Assembly: GCA_030248215.1 (NCBI GenBank)
Contig: JASANG010000295.1
Span: 558,001 to 622,000, forward strand
Length of the DNA stretch: 64,000 nucleotides
DNA from: Enoplolaimus lenunculus
Lineage: Eukaryota
Direction: 5' to 3'
Numbering within the stretch: the first letter of the stretch is position 1; every line of letters starts with the position of its first letter. The notes below the pieces were generated by a model, which ran no database searches, was not told the origin of the DNA, and saw only the letters and a list, made by a program, of their open reading frames with translations. Both the position numbers and the translations under genes were made by a program. Shown piece by piece: positions 60,375 through 64,000 of this stretch.

Positions 60375-61454
60375 TCCTACAGTTTCTAGGGGGGTCGATC
60401 TACCGTACCTTCACCAAAACTAGCTATGTTATTACTAATTTGTAATCATATAAGCCAATGTTTTTCGTAATTGTCCACTCAACATGTTTCGCATATATAC
60501 GTACTAAACAATAGTATTTTCGTTAAATAAATAGCTTAACGTATATGGTTGAGGTAACTTATGTAGCACATAAGAAATTGCATTGTTACAATATACGACT
60601 GTGTAGAACACCTTGCGACAAGATTTCAATCCAAATACCAATGCGAAATTTTGCGGTTCCGATCTGATGAAAACGTTTACGTTTAATACTTCGACAAATT
60701 TTCTTTTAATATAGCGAATGAACACCGGTTACCATGATCTTGAATGACATACGTTTGTATATATAATAGTAGAAATAATAGACTTTTGATAGAAACATAA
60801 GAGAGACGTGAACACTTTTGGAAGAAACATATAATAGTGACACTACCGTGTCCCTATGATTTGAATGTTAACATTACCGGCCCATCTAAACGATCAGATG
60901 TGAAAAGTTTTTCTGTGGAATTGCAATAGAGTAAAAAACTTGCTTTAGAGTTTATAGTAGACATTCGATTTCGCACATAAAAACAATCGCAAGGTTTTAA
61001 ATATATGCACCTTTTTACCGACGGATTCAGGATTTTCTGCCGTTTTGGACGCAAACGATCGAGGCGCCAAGCGTAAATTTAATGATACTTTTATACAATA
61101 TTTTGGTTTTGTGTTTAGTCTATTTGGTAAGCGATTCGGTGCATGGGTTCAATATTACGATCGCCGCTTAGACGAAGCCAAATATTTGTTATGTTGAAGG
61201 AGTTTGCAGCTCGTGAAATGACAGAAAAAGGTTAATGAACATGTAAACACAAAGGGAGTATTAAAGATATGATAGGCGTAAAATATAACCTTTTGCGGAC
61301 TAGAAATCTGTAGCCTGTTGGGGGCATAGGCGACTAAATCCGATAGCCTGTCGGGGGTAAAAATTTATTACGGAGTAAAACTATATATAATGGAGTTTAA
61401 CAGGGAGTAAAATATGATGCAATAATTATATGACCACGGCCGGAATCGAATAGC

Positions 61455-61665
61455 AGCCAATGTATTGAACAGGACAGGAACAGTAGTATAAGCATATTCC
61501 TAAGCCTATTAGCCCAAGCCTAAGCCTAAGCGTAAGAATGAGACAATACTTAATCCTAAGCTTAAGCCTAATCCTAAGACTAAGCAAAAAAATTAGTCTA
61601 AAGCTTAAGCTAACTCTATTACAGTCCCGCCGGAACACGTTCCGGCCCTGTTCTAGACATGGACC
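61455..61665 (+). mobile_element. Telomere-like GGCCAATGT MITE
   Basis: Termini AGCCAATGTATTGAACAGG / CCTGTTCTAGACATGGACC, GCCTAA hexamer array, flanks CGAATAGC / CGAACTGG (5/8). Confidence 0.75.
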
Positions 61666-62826
61666 CGAACTGGACGGACGATGTAAATATCAGTCGTACC
61701 TTTTATTGGATTTCTTATATATGCATTGCACACACTAATGTTTGTTTTACACAATAAATTTCCGTGCTAGGTTTAAATTTGTCGAGATACTTGCTGAAGT
61801 TTTGCAAGTTTCAACTTAAATATTTTGAACCAAACTGCAAAAGTTAAAACATGCTATATACATCCTTAACTTGCTTCAAAAAAGGGATGAAGAACAATAA
61901 CTACAAGGGGATGGCTTAAAAATACATAACAACTCGTAGCTGACAAGCAAAAGAACATTTATGTGAGGCAACATAAAATTTGCTAAAAGAAAACAAATTA
62001 AACATCAGTTTAACTGCCTAATTTCGCTTTACCTCCGACTTCACTTCCGGCTCCGGCTCCGGTATTTTTCACTTCCAGTTACACCCTGCTTACCCTACAA
62101 GTTTGCCCAACACGTTAAACTCCAAGCAAAAGTCTTGCAATACGTCACTATCAACCAACCGTGCATGAAACAATAAAAGAAAAGTTTCATTAACGTAAAC
62201 ATTTGCAAAAACCGTAAATCAATGTGAAACTATTGTCCAAAAGTCTTTTGAATTCCAATATTTTCCATTCTAAGTTTTCAAAGTTTGATAGAAGGCATAT
62301 GGCACCAAGCTGTGCTTTATTCATGAACGCAAGCACAGAATTTCACAGCTTCCAGTGTACAACGCGAGGAACATAGTTTCCAAATGCTTTACCTTTTGCC
62401 CGTTTCAGTTTTCGAACAATGAACGGAAATAGGCACGAGCGACAACTTTTGCAATTGACAGCGAAGCATGACCATCATGGCAACGTGGTACAAGTTAATA
62501 TCATTCTTCAAATACATATGAAGACTTTTCAGTATGAAACCTATGACGACATGTATACTGAAACCGAAGTTGATTTAAAATGCTAAAAATTACAGTGAAA
62601 ACCATACACGAAAAGTGAAGTTTTGAAAGTGTTTGATATGACTCCTACAATTAAAGGTAAAAATTTTCATATTTGTTGTTGTTTCCTTGCTTTCGAACAA
62701 AAACCTAGGACATTTTTTTGAATATTTGAAGACGGACACAATTTATTAAAATGGTTTTTTTCAACTAATTTAGCGCTCGGAGCTGATGAAACTTCAAAAA
62801 CCTGGCAAGGTTAAAAATTCACTTAA

Positions 62827-63048
62827 GGGCTCATATTCTCAAATGCGTATAGCACTTATCATAAGTTAGCGATAGGTTATCAAACTGGCGAAGTGCTGCA
62901 ATTGCAAATCTCAAAATTGGTACAGCAGTGTGTAACTCTAACGCAAACAATGCGTTAAATTTCGAACCTCACTATGCGCTGGCACCAAAGTTACAGGACC
63001 TATCGCCAACTGGTGATAGGTGCTACAAACATTTGAGAATACGGGCTC
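62827..63048. mobile_element. PIF/Harbinger-like MITE
   Basis: About 50-bp imperfect TIRs GGGCTCATATTCTCAAATG..TAGCACTTATCA..GCGATAGGT and reverse, flanked by TAA and TAG. Confidence 0.7.
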
Positions 63049-63700
63049 TAGCCACATCTTGTATGATATAGGCAAAATGTAAATTATTATATTTGTTTAG
63101 CTAGTAAGTATTAAAATTTAGAACTGTATTTCAACTTTTTTAACACCAAAGGCAATAAGAGCCAGCGATATTTGTCTACATCTTAACGGGGTTCGTCCGG
63201 CCGTAACTGCTGGCATGCCCACTGCTAACTCATAGTACTAACCGCTTTACCGTTAAGATGGCTGTATGTTCATTGTCTGAAATTTATTTGTTCGTAATAA
63301 CATTTATTAGTCTTCTGTTCATTAGCTTGTCTTTTTGAAGATTAAATGTTTCAAGCAGGGCCGTGCCGAAAAGAAGGTTGCCCAGTCAAAAAGTGTGCGT
63401 CATGATTTGCATTAAATACTAAAATTACGTCTGGCTTCTCACACACTTCGCTAACTGTCACTAGGCATTCCACTGTTCAAGATTCGAAAAATTTTGCATG
63501 TGGCGGTGTTCAAAACGGACACAAGAGTCTAGATTCTCTAAACGAACCAGTGCAAAACAAAGTGTTGTGTTAAGTACAAGATTTGCGTCCAGACAGTCTC
63601 TGCACTGTAGTATTGTATTGGAGTAAAGATAATAGTGTGCAGGCTGTCAGTCTAGGTAGGAACCGGGACATCAGACCTTTTACTAAGCAGCTGGAAAAGC

Positions 63701-63773
63701 GGGCTAGAGCCGGGATCGAACTCTCAGCCTATGGATCCTTTAGCGAGCACTCTACCACTGCGCCACGTAGCCC
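63701..63773 (-). pseudogene. tRNA-like sequence (tRNA-Ala-like pseudogene or SINE head)
   Basis: GGGCTACGTGGCGCAGTGGTAGAGTGCTCGCTAAAGGATCCATAGGCTGAGAGTTCGATCCCGGCTCTAGCCC is 73 nt with paired ends, an A box and a GTTCGATCC B box, but the anticodon stem does not pair. Confidence 0.6.
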
Positions 63774-64000
63774 GCCTCTCCAACTGCATTTTTCATCGAC
63801 TATATGTGTCGACCGTGCAACACAATGTGCACTGCATTTATTGCATATGCACAAGGACAAGGATGTCTCACATACTTACATGCCCTTATTTTCAACAAGG
63901 TCGTCTCTTGACCGTCCATCCTATTTTCGACTGAATACCGTGCTCATAGCGCGGCAATTTGCCATTGCGCTCACGGCGTAGCCCCCATGTCAGTCTAGGC

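Noticed and set aside
63701..63773. Functional tRNA gene
   Set aside because: The anticodon stem and T stem do not pair properly, so it is kept only as a tRNA-derived sequence.

Overview
AT-rich, intron-containing animal genomic DNA. It is most likely from a nematode, inferred from frequent TTTCAG/TTTTAG acceptors and TTAGGC-type hexamers inside repeats. Two protein-coding genes can be built by hand, both on the minus strand. (1) A Roquin/RLE-1 (RC3H1/2) orthologue has 23 coding exons at 27772->12401 (RING, ROQ, CCCH finger, very long low-complexity tail; about 1754 aa with consistent exon phases). (2) A heparan-sulfate glucosamine 3-O-sulfotransferase of the HS3ST1/5 type has 3 coding exons at 38398->34655 (496 aa, type II membrane protein). 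The rest is dense with non-autonomous mobile DNA: hAT-type MITEs with 8-bp TSDs, Tc1/mariner-, CACTA- and Harbinger-like MITEs, a DINE-1/HINE-like element, a solo LTR, tRNA-derived SINE heads, minisatellites and a near-perfect 217-bp inverted duplication. The most unusual signal is two internally unrelated element families sharing GGCC(A/C)ATGT termini and degenerate 8-bp TSDs (Merlin-like by inference). One family carries telomere-like hexamer arrays. The other has foldback arms built from 46-bp repeats, and one copy encloses a candidate Roquin 5' exon. No CRISPR array, intact transposase or prokaryote-type system is present. All alignments were done by eye.
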